A stretch of 64,000 nt of DNA. Origin: a bacterium (lineage in GTDB: Bacteria > Electryoneota > Electryoneia > Electryoneales > Electryoneaceae). Below are positions 46,630 through 55,852 of the stretch, piece by piece. The first letter of the stretch is position 1; each line of letters begins with the position of its first letter. The DNA lies in assembly GCA_020444425.1 (NCBI GenBank), contig JAHLLB010000021.1:5038-69037 (forward strand), given 5' to 3'. The notes beneath the pieces are model-generated. The model saw only the letters and a program-made list of their open reading frames with translations. It did not search any database and was not told where the DNA came from. The position numbers and the translations under genes are program-made.

Positions 46630-48381
46630 TCAGTCGTAATCCCTCACCAGCCGGATCCCACCGACATCGTAGTCGCCGCCGTTGGGTGTGCCACGGTTGG
46701 CGACACGCAACCGGCTGCCGGGGTTGTGCCAGCAGCCGCCGCGCAGCACGTGTACGGTGCCGAGGTTCGGCCCCTGCGGATCGACAACCGGGCTGTTACG
46801 GTAGTAGCCGGCGCCATACCAGTCGGAGCATCGTTCCCACGCGTTCCCGAGTACGTCATACAGTCCCCACGGGTTCGGCAGCTTCTGCCCCACCGTTTTC
46901 GGGCGGGGGGGATCGTTGTTGTCATCGAACCACGCGTACAGTTCCAGCTCGGAATAGTCCGGATCGTCGCCCCACCAGAACCGTGTGCTGTCATTTCCCG
47001 CGCGGGCGAACAGTTCCCACTCGGCTTCGGTCGGGAGACGCCACGGGTTGTTCGGCAGATCGGCGTTCAGTGCCGGCAGCAGGTCCTGTTCGACGAACTC
47101 GCTGGTTACCTGCGTCACCGGGTAATCTGGGCCGACGAAGACCGACGGATTGTAGCCGGTCAACGCTTCCCACTGGGCTTGTGTCAGCTCGTATTTGCCG
47201 ACATAGAACCCCTGGCTGATGGTCACCGGGTGCCGTGGGTATTCGTCCGACTGGCCGTCCAGTTCATCGATTTGCGCGCCCATCATGTACGATCCGGCTG
47301 GGATGTAGGCCATGTTATACAGCAGGCCGGTGTTGCCCAGTTCAAATTCCTGGTCGCCCGGGGGCGGTGGTGCGGCGACGATGGTGAATTTCTTCAGGTA
47401 GCTGCTGTTGTAGTTGAGCAGCCGCCGGGTTTGACTCGCTGCCTCGCCCAACGCGCCGAAGGCGTACCCGTTGGACGGCATCGGTGTCACGAACAGGTCT
47501 TCCGCGGACAAGCCTTCGTTGGGATAGAGGAACCAGTCGCCGGCGGGCAGGGATGTGGTCCCGGACTGCAAGGGCGTCAGCTGGTTGTTTGCATCGAGCA
47601 GGCCGATATCCGTACTCACTGCCATCCGGATGGTGGTGGTCAGAGACACACCCGGGAAGATGAACTCGTCCGTGGTCCAGTCGGTTTTCATCGTGTGGAT
47701 GCCGAGCTGGGCGTTCCATTGCGTCGGGAAAGACCAGTGATAGGTGTAGGTTCCGAACAGGACGTTGTCCGGATACGGTCCGATGCCTGCGCTGATCGCG
47801 GCTTCGTTGATGAAGTCCGTGAACGCGGTCGTCTGATCGATAAACAGCGCCTGCACCACTTCCGGGGACTGGAATTCGTAGTAGTTCAGGGCGGTGTAGG
47901 CGTCCTCGAGCTGTTGATCGGTCCACAATGACATCTGAATCTGTTGGCGGACAACATCCTGCATCAGGTTGTTGTCGATGAACGCGGTCAGCCAGTCGTA
48001 AATCGACGAGCCGGACCCATTCAGCATGTTGCTCACCCGGTTGAACATCCGCAATTCTTCGCTGCTGAACTGGGAAGCGAAGTAGACGGCGAAGGTGTTC
48101 CAACCCATCGTCTCGTCGTCGGCCACCACGCGTTCAACATAATCGACCGTGGCATTTGTAATCGCCGCCGAGACCAGTGTACCGAGCGACAACTCTTCCA
48201 GGTTGCCCGTTCTCGGCTGGCCAACAGCGGTAAAATCATCGGTTTCGATGGTTATGTAGGATGGACGGGATGCTGTAATGGGGGAATGGTCGGTCGCCTC
48301 ACCGGCCAGCGCCAGCCAGGGCAACAGCAGAACCATCAGGGGGACAAAAATTAACAGACCGGAAGGCCGGGTCATTTCCAC
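46630..48381 (-). CDS. secreted protein with C-terminal formylglycine-generating-enzyme (SUMF1/FGE-sulfatase) domain
   Basis: Signal peptide MEMTRPSGLLIFVPLMVLLLPWLALAG. C-terminal motifs YPRHPVTISQGFYVGKYELTQAQW, RLPTEAEWE, NPWGLYDVLGNAWERC, LRGGCW. Confidence 0.8.
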   Translation of the reverse strand: MEMTRPSGLLIFVPLMVLLLPWLALAGEATDHSPITASRPSYITIETDDFTAVGQPRTGNLEELSLGTLVSAAITNATVDYVERVVADDETMGWNTFAVYFASQFSSEELRMFNRVSNMLNGSGSSIYDWLTAFIDNNLMQDVVRQQIQMSLWTDQQLEDAYTALNYYEFQSPEVVQALFIDQTTAFTDFINEAAISAGIGPYPDNVLFGTYTYHWSFPTQWNAQLGIHTMKTDWTTDEFIFPGVSLTTTIRMAVSTDIGLLDANNQLTPLQSGTTSLPAGDWFLYPNEGLSAEDLFVTPMPSNGYAFGALGEAASQTRRLLNYNSSYLKKFTIVAAPPPPGDQEFELGNTGLLYNMAYIPAGSYMMGAQIDELDGQSDEYPRHPVTISQGFYVGKYELTQAQWEALTGYNPSVFVGPDYPVTQVTSEFVEQDLLPALNADLPNNPWRLPTEAEWELFARAGNDSTRFWWGDDPDYSELELYAWFDDNNDPPRPKTVGQKLPNPWGLYDVLGNAWERCSDWYGAGYYRNSPVVDPQGPNLGTVHVLRGGCWHNPGSRLRVANRGTPNGGDYDVGGIRLVRDYD

Positions 48382-48520
48382 GTTCCTCGTTCAACGATAC
48401 GCTGCTCGCATTCACTCGTGCCGGGTGCCCAACAATCGCGAGACCGTTCCGTGTCCCTCGCCCGGACCTACAGCTTTGTAATGTACGAACGGCGATAAAG
48501 TTTGACAAGAACATGAAAAA

Positions 48521-49276
48521 TCAGAAATCAGCGGTGCGCTCGAGAGCAGCTTTGGTGAAATCGTCCTCGGAGTAAGGCACATCGAACTCGATTCCGGTGA
48601 TTTCGAACCGGGTCCATTTGTCCACGGTGATGTGGCTACGGATCATCGTGCTGGTCGCAAACCAGCGTGCGCCGAACTGCTGGATCTTCTCGACGCTCAT
48701 CTCCTTGACCGGATACTGGGACGCGTCAAAGTTTAGCACGCGAGTCGCAACATTGCGCGCCTTGTCGATGGTGATTTCGCGAAACGGGTAGGAGACGGTC
48801 ATGTCTTTCGCCTCCATCCGGATCTCGACGGTGCTGTCGGTCTCAGCGGTGATGGTCGCGTTGTACTTGTCTGCCCAGGACGAGGATTGCGTCATGTCTT
48901 CGTAGGACATGTCGCTGCCCTGCACCCCCTCCCGAAGCATATGTCCCTGCACCAGCATTGTGCGATCCACACGCGGGAAGTAAATCCACAGCTGATCGTC
49001 GCGGCGGAGGTAGCGTGTGCCGGCGTCACGCGGCGGCTCGAGGTATTCCATCAGCGCGTACTGGTCGCCGACGACATGCCCCTTCATCTTGAACACACGC
49101 TCCTGTCCGGAGGGCAGGTGAACGGTCATCACGGCGGTGTATTTCGCCGATTCCATCACCTGGTTACGGTCGAGGGCGTTCAGCCAGTCGAGGGCGGATT
49201 TCTCGGCGGAAGCCGTCCCGGGGATGTGCACACACAGGATCAGCACCAGCATATGTGAATAACGTAGCAGCTTCAT
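48521..49276 (-). CDS. LolA-like outer-membrane lipoprotein-sorting protein
   Basis: Signal peptide, then the pattern typical of lipoprotein-sorting proteins encoded next to FtsX-type permeases (YTAVMTVHLPSGQERVFKMKGHV...YLEPPRDAGTRYLRRDDQLWIYFP). Confidence 0.65.
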   Translation of the reverse strand: MKLLRYSHMLVLILCVHIPGTASAEKSALDWLNALDRNQVMESAKYTAVMTVHLPSGQERVFKMKGHVVGDQYALMEYLEPPRDAGTRYLRRDDQLWIYFPRVDRTMLVQGHMLREGVQGSDMSYEDMTQSSSWADKYNATITAETDSTVEIRMEAKDMTVSYPFREITIDKARNVATRVLNFDASQYPVKEMSVEKIQQFGARWFATSTMIRSHITVDKWTRFEITGIEFDVPYSEDDFTKAALERTADF

Positions 49277-49279
49277 GTC

Positions 49280-50515
49280 CTATACACTCCGCAAAGCCTT
49301 CGCGGGTTCTAACCGTGCGGCGACCCGAGCCGGGTACCACGCCGCGAGCACGGCGATGACCAGTCCGAGCAGGCTCGCCTTGATCGCCGTGACGAGACTT
49401 GGTTCGGGATAGAAGACCGTATTCATCGGCAGATCCATCGTCTTGACGATCTCACTGAAGTCGATGCCGACCCGGCCCAGCCAGATCGAGACTGCCATCC
49501 CGATGATCAGGCCGAGAATTGTCCCGACAACCCCGACCAGCGCCGACTCGGTCATCACGAGCCGGATGACGGTGCGGCGATCAAACCCCATCGCGCGCAA
49601 GGCACCGATTTCACGTGTCCGTTCCATCACCGACATCAACACCGTGTTGACCACGGTGACAAGGGCGATAATGCCGAGCAGGCCCATCAGCACGACGGTA
49701 AACACCCGCGCGGGTGCCATCATCTCGTACATCGAGCCCTGTTGCTGCCACGGAACGGCCTTGATGTGCTCAAAGCCAGCCTCGTCAATCGCCTGCTGGA
49801 TCTGCGCCGCGACCGGGATCGCGGCTTCCATCCCGCCGTCAATCATGAGCGTAATGTTGAGCGCGCGATCCTCCATCGCCAGCTGGTACTGTGCGGGTGC
49901 GAGCGGAACGTAAAACGCGCGGCGATCCAGCTGGGAAATGCCGCTTCTGAATGTACCGGTGACGGTGTAGACGCCCGGCCCAAGGCCCCCGTACGACGTC
50001 GACGCGACGAAAAACAGTTCATCACCAACGTTGAGCTCGAGCTTTTTCGCCAGTTCGTAACCGATCAGGAGTTCATCAGCATCATCAGCGGGGACTCGTC
50101 CCTCGCTGACCCAGTCGTCCAGCTCGATCAGGCCTCGTTCCCGGGACGGTGTCACGGCCGTCCCGTAGGCCGGGATCGCGCCGTCCGGTCCGTCGAGCAG
50201 CACACCGAAGCGGATGCGTGGGCTGGCCTGCTTAACGGCCGGGATGGATTCGATCACGTGCAGCAGGCTGTCGACGCCGGTCAATCCCTGGTCGAGCGAC
50301 AGCATGCGGACTCGATCCACCGCCGCTTCCGGCATGATCTTGACGTGCCCGGCTTCGATGCGGACGTACGATTCGAAGAAGCCGTTTACGGCACCCTCGA
50401 CGTACGCGTCCATGAAGGTCGCGGCAGCGACCGCCAACGCGATGGCGAGGGTGGTCAGCAGGCTGCGTCCGGGACGGCGGCGGGTGTTGCGGAAGGCGAG
50501 ATGCGTGATGCTCAC
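49280..50515 (-). CDS. ABC transporter permease, FtsX/MacB-type
   Basis: GTG start at 50515 overlaps the upstream TGA (GTGA). ORF track extends to 50578. AFRNTRRRPGRSLLT N-terminus, large periplasmic domain, and a C-terminal FtsX 3-TM bundle with REIGALRAMGF. Confidence 0.85.
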   Translation of the reverse strand: MSITHLAFRNTRRRPGRSLLTTLAIALAVAAATFMDAYVEGAVNGFFESYVRIEAGHVKIMPEAAVDRVRMLSLDQGLTGVDSLLHVIESIPAVKQASPRIRFGVLLDGPDGAIPAYGTAVTPSRERGLIELDDWVSEGRVPADDADELLIGYELAKKLELNVGDELFFVASTSYGGLGPGVYTVTGTFRSGISQLDRRAFYVPLAPAQYQLAMEDRALNITLMIDGGMEAAIPVAAQIQQAIDEAGFEHIKAVPWQQQGSMYEMMAPARVFTVVLMGLLGIIALVTVVNTVLMSVMERTREIGALRAMGFDRRTVIRLVMTESALVGVVGTILGLIIGMAVSIWLGRVGIDFSEIVKTMDLPMNTVFYPEPSLVTAIKASLLGLVIAVLAAWYPARVAARLEPAKALRSV

Positions 50516-51747
50516 AGCCGGCCCTCCCGCAGGGCGCGTACCACTTCGCCCCGCTGCGCCCTGTAGGCCGCGGTCCAACTCGCCAGCGCAGTCAGGATCA
50601 GACCGAATGACAAGGTGATGATCGGGTTGGACGCGTGCAGACTTGGGTAGAACGATGTGTTGATCGGGATGCCGGATTGCACATCCTCATACGCCTCGAG
50701 ACTGATCCCGACGTTGTGCAGCCACAGAACGATCGCGCTGCCGAAGAGTAAGGCTAACACTCCCGCCAGCAGCCCGATACTGATGCCTTCGAACAGGAAC
50801 AGGCGGCCAATCATTGAACGTTCGAACCCCAGCGCGCGCAACGCACCGATCTCCTGCGTGCGTTCGTGCACCGCCATGATCATCGTGTTCGACACCGCGA
50901 CGGCAGCGATCAACGCGAGGATTGCGACGACGACGCTCATCGCGATCCGCCGGAACTGCATCACGTAGAGAAAGCCGGCTGCAGCTTCCTCCCAGGTCTG
51001 CCACTCGAGGGTCGAACCGTGCATGTTGAGCTGTTCGCGAAGTTTGTCGGCGTTCTTGCGATTGCCGCCGAGAACGGCGAGTTCGTTGGCAGAATCGTTG
51101 ACCAACGCGAGCTGTTGTGCGTCGGTGAGGCTGACGTACGCGCTTTGACCGTCCACGGCCGGATGACCGGTGTTGAGAATGCCGATCACCGGCAGCCGCA
51201 GCGAATTCAACGCGCCCGGCGCAGAACGGGCGAACAGGGTTGGCCGGTCACCGACCGTAAGCCCCATGTCCTTCGCCAGCTTGCGGCCGATTAGCACACC
51301 GCCCTTGTGGTCGAGTGACTCGCCACTCTGCAATTGATCAAGGGTGGCGTAAACGGTGCGGTCGCGTTCAGGATCGACACCGACGATCTCGATGAATGCT
51401 TCTTCGGTGCCGACGATCAGTTGGCCGGGGATGTGCAGCCGGACGGTGGTCTGGACGTCGAGCTCATCCGCCAGCGCGTCGCGTAACGAATCGGCGCTGC
51501 CGAACAGCTTGTCGAGGGTACGGAAGGTGTCGTCGTTGAGGTAGCCCTGCGGAAAGCCGCGCAGGTGGGCGGTTTCGTACTGGATGTAGCTGTCCAGCGC
51601 CTGGTCGGTGAGACCGTCCAGCATGGCGTACGCGACGATCATCACGATCAGGCCCATGGTCAGGCCGGAAACGGTCAGCGCGGTGCGGCGTTTCTGCCGC
51701 CGCAGGTTGCGCAACGCGAGCCGGATGGCGATCAGCGTGTTACGCAT
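50512..51747 (-). CDS. ABC transporter permease, FtsX/MacB-type
   Basis: ALRNLRRQKRRTALT N-terminus, QEIGALRALGF motif, 411 aa like its paralogue. Confidence 0.85.
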   Translation of the reverse strand: MRNTLIAIRLALRNLRRQKRRTALTVSGLTMGLIVMIVAYAMLDGLTDQALDSYIQYETAHLRGFPQGYLNDDTFRTLDKLFGSADSLRDALADELDVQTTVRLHIPGQLIVGTEEAFIEIVGVDPERDRTVYATLDQLQSGESLDHKGGVLIGRKLAKDMGLTVGDRPTLFARSAPGALNSLRLPVIGILNTGHPAVDGQSAYVSLTDAQQLALVNDSANELAVLGGNRKNADKLREQLNMHGSTLEWQTWEEAAAGFLYVMQFRRIAMSVVVAILALIAAVAVSNTMIMAVHERTQEIGALRALGFERSMIGRLFLFEGISIGLLAGVLALLFGSAIVLWLHNVGISLEAYEDVQSGIPINTSFYPSLHASNPIITLSFGLILTALASWTAAYRAQRGEVVRALREGRL

Positions 51748-52406
51748 CCATCCACCATTTCGACAACGGTATCCACTCGTTCGAGCAGGCGTGGGTCGTG
51801 CGATGCGAAGACGAACGACACGCCGAGCTCATTGCGCATCTCGTTCATCAGGTCGACAATCGCCATCCCGGTGGACCCATCGAGGTTGGCGGTGGGTTCA
51901 TCCGCGAGCACGATCGGCGGGTCTTTCACCAGTGCCCGCGCGACGGCGATGCGTTGCTGCTGCCCGCCGGAAAGCTGGGTCGGGTTGCGGTCTTCCATGC
52001 CTTCGAGACCAACGCGGCGAAGCATCTCGTACGCTCGTTTCTTCCGATCCTGCGTGGAGATGTGCGGCAGAATCTCGAGCGGGAGAGCGACATTTTCGGC
52101 GGCGGTCAAGACCGGCACGAGGTTGAACTGCTGGAAGATGAAGCCGATGCGTTCCCGCCGTAGACGGGTGCGTTCTTTGTCGGAAAGGTCGTTCAGGCGT
52201 TGGCCGGCGACGGTCACCTCGCCCTGGTCCGGCACATCGAGCGCGCCGATCATGTTGAGCAAAGTGGTTTTTCCGGAGCCGGACGGTCCAGCGAGCGCGA
52301 GGAACGAGGCGGGCTGAATGTCGAGCGTGACATCCCGCAGCGCCTTCACCCGGCCCTGGTTGTAGGATTTGCTGACATCGTGGACCTGCACGACGGGGCT
52401 GTTCAC
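51732..52406 (-). CDS. ABC transporter ATP-binding protein (LolD/MacB-type)
   Basis: GTG start overlaps the upstream TGA. Walker A GPSGSGKTT, signature LSGGQQQRIAVARAL, Walker B IVLADEPT. Confidence 0.9.
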   Translation of the reverse strand: MNSPVVQVHDVSKSYNQGRVKALRDVTLDIQPASFLALAGPSGSGKTTLLNMIGALDVPDQGEVTVAGQRLNDLSDKERTRLRRERIGFIFQQFNLVPVLTAAENVALPLEILPHISTQDRKKRAYEMLRRVGLEGMEDRNPTQLSGGQQQRIAVARALVKDPPIVLADEPTANLDGSTGMAIVDLMNEMRNELGVSFVFASHDPRLLERVDTVVEMVDGCVTR

Positions 52407-53176
52407 GCGTCCTCGTCCTCCTCGTCCCGGTACTTCATCTCGTCCAGCCGCTTCTTGATCAACCCTTCGATATCGAGCATTTGCACACTGCCGTCCACAT
52501 AGCTGATCGTGTTCTCACGGATCTGCTCCTTGAGATCCTCGATCGCGCGGACCGTCGCGCTGATCACCCGGCACTGTCGGCGGGTGACGTCCTTCAGTTT
52601 CGCGACCATTTCCGGGTTGTCATCGGGCGTGATCTGCGCGCCCATCTCGATGCTGGCGACGGCGTTGTTGATGTAATGCGAAATCGTGATCAGCAGCGTT
52701 TCGTAGGTTCGGCGCCGTTCCTGTTCGCCTAGTTTCTCGCGCGCCTCCTGCTCCAACCGTTGCAGCTTGAGCGTATTCCGGACGCGCGCTACAAGCTCGT
52801 TCGGATTGTACGGCTTGGTGATATAGTCCACCGCGCCCAGCTCAAGACCCGCCATCTTCGATTCGATGTCGCTACTGGCGGTGACAAAAATGACCGGCAG
52901 TTCCTCGAATTCCGGTTCCTTGCGCAACTGCTCGAACATGGTGAATCCGTCGATGTCCGGCATGCGGATATCGAGCAGCAGCAGGTCCGGCTTGTTCTCG
53001 ACGACTTTCGCAATGCCCTCACGTCCCCCACGCGCCGTGATCGTGCGGTAGCCCGTGCGTTGCAGGGAACGCTCGGCGAGTTCCAACGCGAGCGGTTCAT
53101 CGTCCACGGCGAGGATCAGCGCGTTTTCCGGTGCATCCAGGTTTGGCTTGCTGTGGTGTGGCTGTCCTGTCGTCAT
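52403..53176 (-). CDS. response regulator (receiver domain plus C-terminal coiled-coil region)
   Basis: ILAVDDEPL, LLLLDIRMPDIDG, VIFVTA, DYITKPY receiver motifs. No DNA-binding output domain recognised. Confidence 0.85.
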   Translation of the reverse strand: MTTGQPHHSKPNLDAPENALILAVDDEPLALELAERSLQRTGYRTITARGGREGIAKVVENKPDLLLLDIRMPDIDGFTMFEQLRKEPEFEELPVIFVTASSDIESKMAGLELGAVDYITKPYNPNELVARVRNTLKLQRLEQEAREKLGEQERRRTYETLLITISHYINNAVASIEMGAQITPDDNPEMVAKLKDVTRRQCRVISATVRAIEDLKEQIRENTISYVDGSVQMLDIEGLIKKRLDEMKYRDEEDEDA

Positions 53177-53491
53177 GCGGCCTCAGCGGTGGTGAACAGA
53201 TCTATTCGGTACACGTTTGCCGGAAGGTAGCGGTTGGCATGAAACGAGACAAGAGAGTCTGTTCACAAACTGGACCTTAACTCTCTAAACAAGAAGCAAG
53301 GATTCAGGATTCCCAAATACTACATGGAAGTACGTCGATGGCGAAACTTCTTGCAATGCAATTCTGAGTTCGACTTGACAATAAAGTTAGGTATTCTTAA
53401 CTTTGGCCTTGGTTTTCTGAATTTGCATCAGCAACTCGGATTCAACAACACCGGAATCGACAACACTCTGACAGACAATGGGGAGGGAACC

Positions 53492-53908
53492 ATGCAACGA
53501 TCCATAATCCGAAACGGCTTTATACTCCTGCTTATCTCGATGCTCGCGGGATTTCTTATTCCCGCAATGGAGATTCCTCGTCTCGGCCTGTCCGCTCACA
53601 CCATCGGCTTGCTCAGCGGCGCTCTGCTGATTGCCATTGGCTCAGCCTGGCCACAATTTCGCCTGACCCATCGTCAACAGGGGGTGATGTTCTGGACCTG
53701 GCTGTATTCCAGTTATGTAAACTGGCTGGCCGTATTAATCGGAGCATTGCTTGGAACAGGTAAGATGACGCCGGTTGCTTCTGGCGGGATGGAAGGTTCA
53801 CCCGCGACGGAAGGGCTGATATCGATCCTGCTGATAACCGTCGCGCTGACATCCGTGATCGCTGCGGTGATGTCCCTGTACGGGTTGCGCGGCAAGCAAA
53901 CTGATTGA
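53492..53908 (+). CDS. small integral membrane protein (4 predicted TM helices)
   Basis: ORF track gives 53324..53908; the internal ATG is preceded by GGGAGGG. Hydrophobic segments run throughout (GFILLLISMLAGFLIP, LLSGALLIAIGSAW, and others). Confidence 0.55.
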   Translation: MQRSIIRNGFILLLISMLAGFLIPAMEIPRLGLSAHTIGLLSGALLIAIGSAWPQFRLTHRQQGVMFWTWLYSSYVNWLAVLIGALLGTGKMTPVASGGMEGSPATEGLISILLITVALTSVIAAVMSLYGLRGKQTD

Positions 53909-54127
53909 ATTCAACCCTGAAGGTTGCAGCAGGTGGAGTTCTCCTAGATCCGGATGCAGTTGGAGGCGATGTCCTTGATCTTCGCGGTCATTGCTGTGCC
54001 GGAAGACGTTTAGAGGTCGCAGAAATCGCGAATGCTGCGTTCATATCGCACAGGATCTGCTTGCGCGGCGCATTCCCACAGTCCTCGAAACCGTTAACCG
54101 TCACTATCTCCCCACCCAAGGAATCCA

Positions 54128-55372
54128 CTACGCCGCAAACAACGAATACACGCGTTGCAGCGAATCGGCGAGGGCATCGATGTCGTCGGTGGTGTTGTAG
54201 AGGTAGGCGCTGGCGCGGACGGTGGACGAGCAGCCGAACGCTTCGACCAGCGGTTGCGCGCAGTGGTGGCCGGTGCGGACAGCGATCCCGTCGGCGTCAA
54301 GCATTTGCGCGATGTCATCCGGGTAGACGCCGTGGACGTTGAATGAAAACACGGCGGTACGGTTGTCGGCGTCCGGCGGACCATACAGGGTCAGGAAGGG
54401 TAGCGCGCCGAGTTTTTCCAGGGCATAGGCCGACAGCTCGCGTTCATGTGCGGCGATGGCTTCCATGCCGATTGAGTCGAGATAATCGAGCGCCTTGTGG
54501 AAGGCGATCACACCGGCGATGTGTGGCGTGCCCGCCTCGAACTTGTGCGGCAAGCCGGCGTAGGAAACGTCGAACCAGCTGACGTGCTGAATCATCTCGC
54601 CGCCGGTCATCCACGGTTCCATCGCGTCGAGCAGGTCGTACTTGCCGTACAGAACCCCCACCCCGGTCGGTCCACACATCTTGTGCGCGGAAAAGGCGTA
54701 GAAGTCGACGTCCAGGTCCTGCATGTCAACGGGCAGGTGTGGCGCGGCCTGGGCGCCGTCGACGACGACTTTTGCGCCGATCGCATGCGCGCGTTCAGCG
54801 ATCTCACGGATCGGATTGACGGTGCCGAGCACATTGGACGCGTGCGCCACCGCGACCAGTTTCGTGTTCGGTGTCAGTGACTTCTCAAGTGACTCGAAGT
54901 CAAGCCGGTACTCGGAGTCATAGTCAATGTATGCGAGCTCGATGCCATGCGATTTCGCGAGCCGGATCCACGGGACCAGGTTCGCGTGGTGTTCCATCCT
55001 CGTCAAAACAATCCTGTCACCCCTGCCGACATTCTGTTCCGCCCAGCAACGGGCGACGATGTTCAACGCCTCGGTGGTGCCACGGGTGAAAACGACTTCC
55101 TCACGGCGGGTCGCGTTGATCCAGCTGGCGACACGGTCACGAGTGCGTTCGAATGCGGCAGTGGTTTCGTTGGCGAGGGTGTGTGCGGAACGGTGGACAT
55201 TGGCGTGCAGAGTCTGCCCGACTTCGCGTTCCCGGTCGATCACCTGCCGGGGACGTTGCGCCGACGCCGCACTGTCGAGGTAGACGAGCGGATTCCCGTG
55301 CACCTGCCGTTGCAGGATCGGGAAGTCTTCACGCAGGACGCGCGGATCGAATGTCAGGGTTTCAGTCTGCAT
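54128..55372 (-). CDS. sufS: cysteine desulfurase SufS
   Basis: ORF track extends to 55390; start at MQTETLTFDP. VYLDSAASAQRP, PLP-Lys region FSAHKMCGPTGVGVLYG, active-site loop RTGHHCAQP. Confidence 0.9.
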   Translation of the reverse strand: MQTETLTFDPRVLREDFPILQRQVHGNPLVYLDSAASAQRPRQVIDREREVGQTLHANVHRSAHTLANETTAAFERTRDRVASWINATRREEVVFTRGTTEALNIVARCWAEQNVGRGDRIVLTRMEHHANLVPWIRLAKSHGIELAYIDYDSEYRLDFESLEKSLTPNTKLVAVAHASNVLGTVNPIREIAERAHAIGAKVVVDGAQAAPHLPVDMQDLDVDFYAFSAHKMCGPTGVGVLYGKYDLLDAMEPWMTGGEMIQHVSWFDVSYAGLPHKFEAGTPHIAGVIAFHKALDYLDSIGMEAIAAHERELSAYALEKLGALPFLTLYGPPDADNRTAVFSFNVHGVYPDDIAQMLDADGIAVRTGHHCAQPLVEAFGCSSTVRASAYLYNTTDDIDALADSLQRVYSLFAA

Positions 55373-55391
55373 GTGTCCATCCAAAAACAAC

Positions 55392-55533
55392 GACGTCCAC
55401 GAAACACGCGAAAATAGACGAAAACAAACATCAACTCATTACAACAAAAACATTTCAAACACTACAAGATGATCTTAAGATTTCTTATCTATCTTTTAAT
55501 CGTTCAGTTCTTTTCGCGTTTTTCGTGGACGTC
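55392..55533. repeat. 142-bp AT-rich segment bounded by 23-bp inverted repeats (MITE-like element or long stem-loop) inside the suf operon
   Basis: GACGTCCACGAAACACGCGAAAA (55392..55414) pairs with TTTTCGCGTTTTTCGTGGACGTC (55511..55533), 22 of 23 complementary. The pairing extends imperfectly ~10 nt further on both sides. The 96-nt interior is very AT-rich. Confidence 0.65.
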
Positions 55534-55540
55534 TTTGTAT

Positions 55541-55852
55541 TTACACCGCGACCAAGATGCGTCCGTTCTCGACCTTGGTCTTGAAGGTGCTCAGGCCGAA
55601 CACGGCGGGCATGCGAGTGACGGACCCGTCGCGCACGTCGAATCGTGCGCCGTGACGGTGGCAGATGACCTCGTGATCATCCACCTCTTCCCCGTCCAGG
55701 TCGCCGCCGTCGTGTGTACAATACGGGCTTAGCGCGCGGATCTCGCCTTCGTCGTTTGCCAGCAGCACACGCTTGCTGCCGGCTTCCACAATCATCGTCT
55801 TGTTTTCCGGCAGATCGTCAACTGCCATCACATCCACAAATTCAGCCGCCAT
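55541..55852 (-). CDS. Rieske (2Fe-2S) ferredoxin-like protein
   Basis: CTHDGGDL and CHRHGARF (C-x-H ... C-x-x-H) motifs, 103 aa, embedded in the suf operon. Confidence 0.85.
   Translation of the reverse strand: MAAEFVDVMAVDDLPENKTMIVEAGSKRVLLANDEGEIRALSPYCTHDGGDLDGEEVDDHEVICHRHGARFDVRDGSVTRMPAVFGLSTFKTKVENGRILVAV

Noticed and set aside
46519-47931. 470-aa plus-strand ORF, together with similar long antisense ORFs at 55773..57230, 57044..58549, 28988..30325, 11038..12303, 5316..6482, 16694..17836, 36580..37635, 34836..35480, 24563..25339, 7134..7829 and 8753..9448.
   Set aside because: Each lies antisense to a gene with unmistakable conserved motifs (FGE domain, sufD, sufB, dnaE, lon, CapA, peptidase homologue, recN, murA, lexA, tig, clpP). 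Their translations are Arg/Val/Asp/Leu/Gly-rich with no motifs. This is the usual stop-poor shadow frame of GC-rich coding DNA.
53975-54128. A ~51-codon GTG-initiated minus-strand ORF overlapping the sufS stop (VDSLGGEIVTVNGFEDCGNAPRKQILCDMNAAF...).
   Set aside because: It falls below the ORF-track threshold, has no SD and no recognisable motif, and its coordinates are approximate. This is not enough evidence to call a gene.
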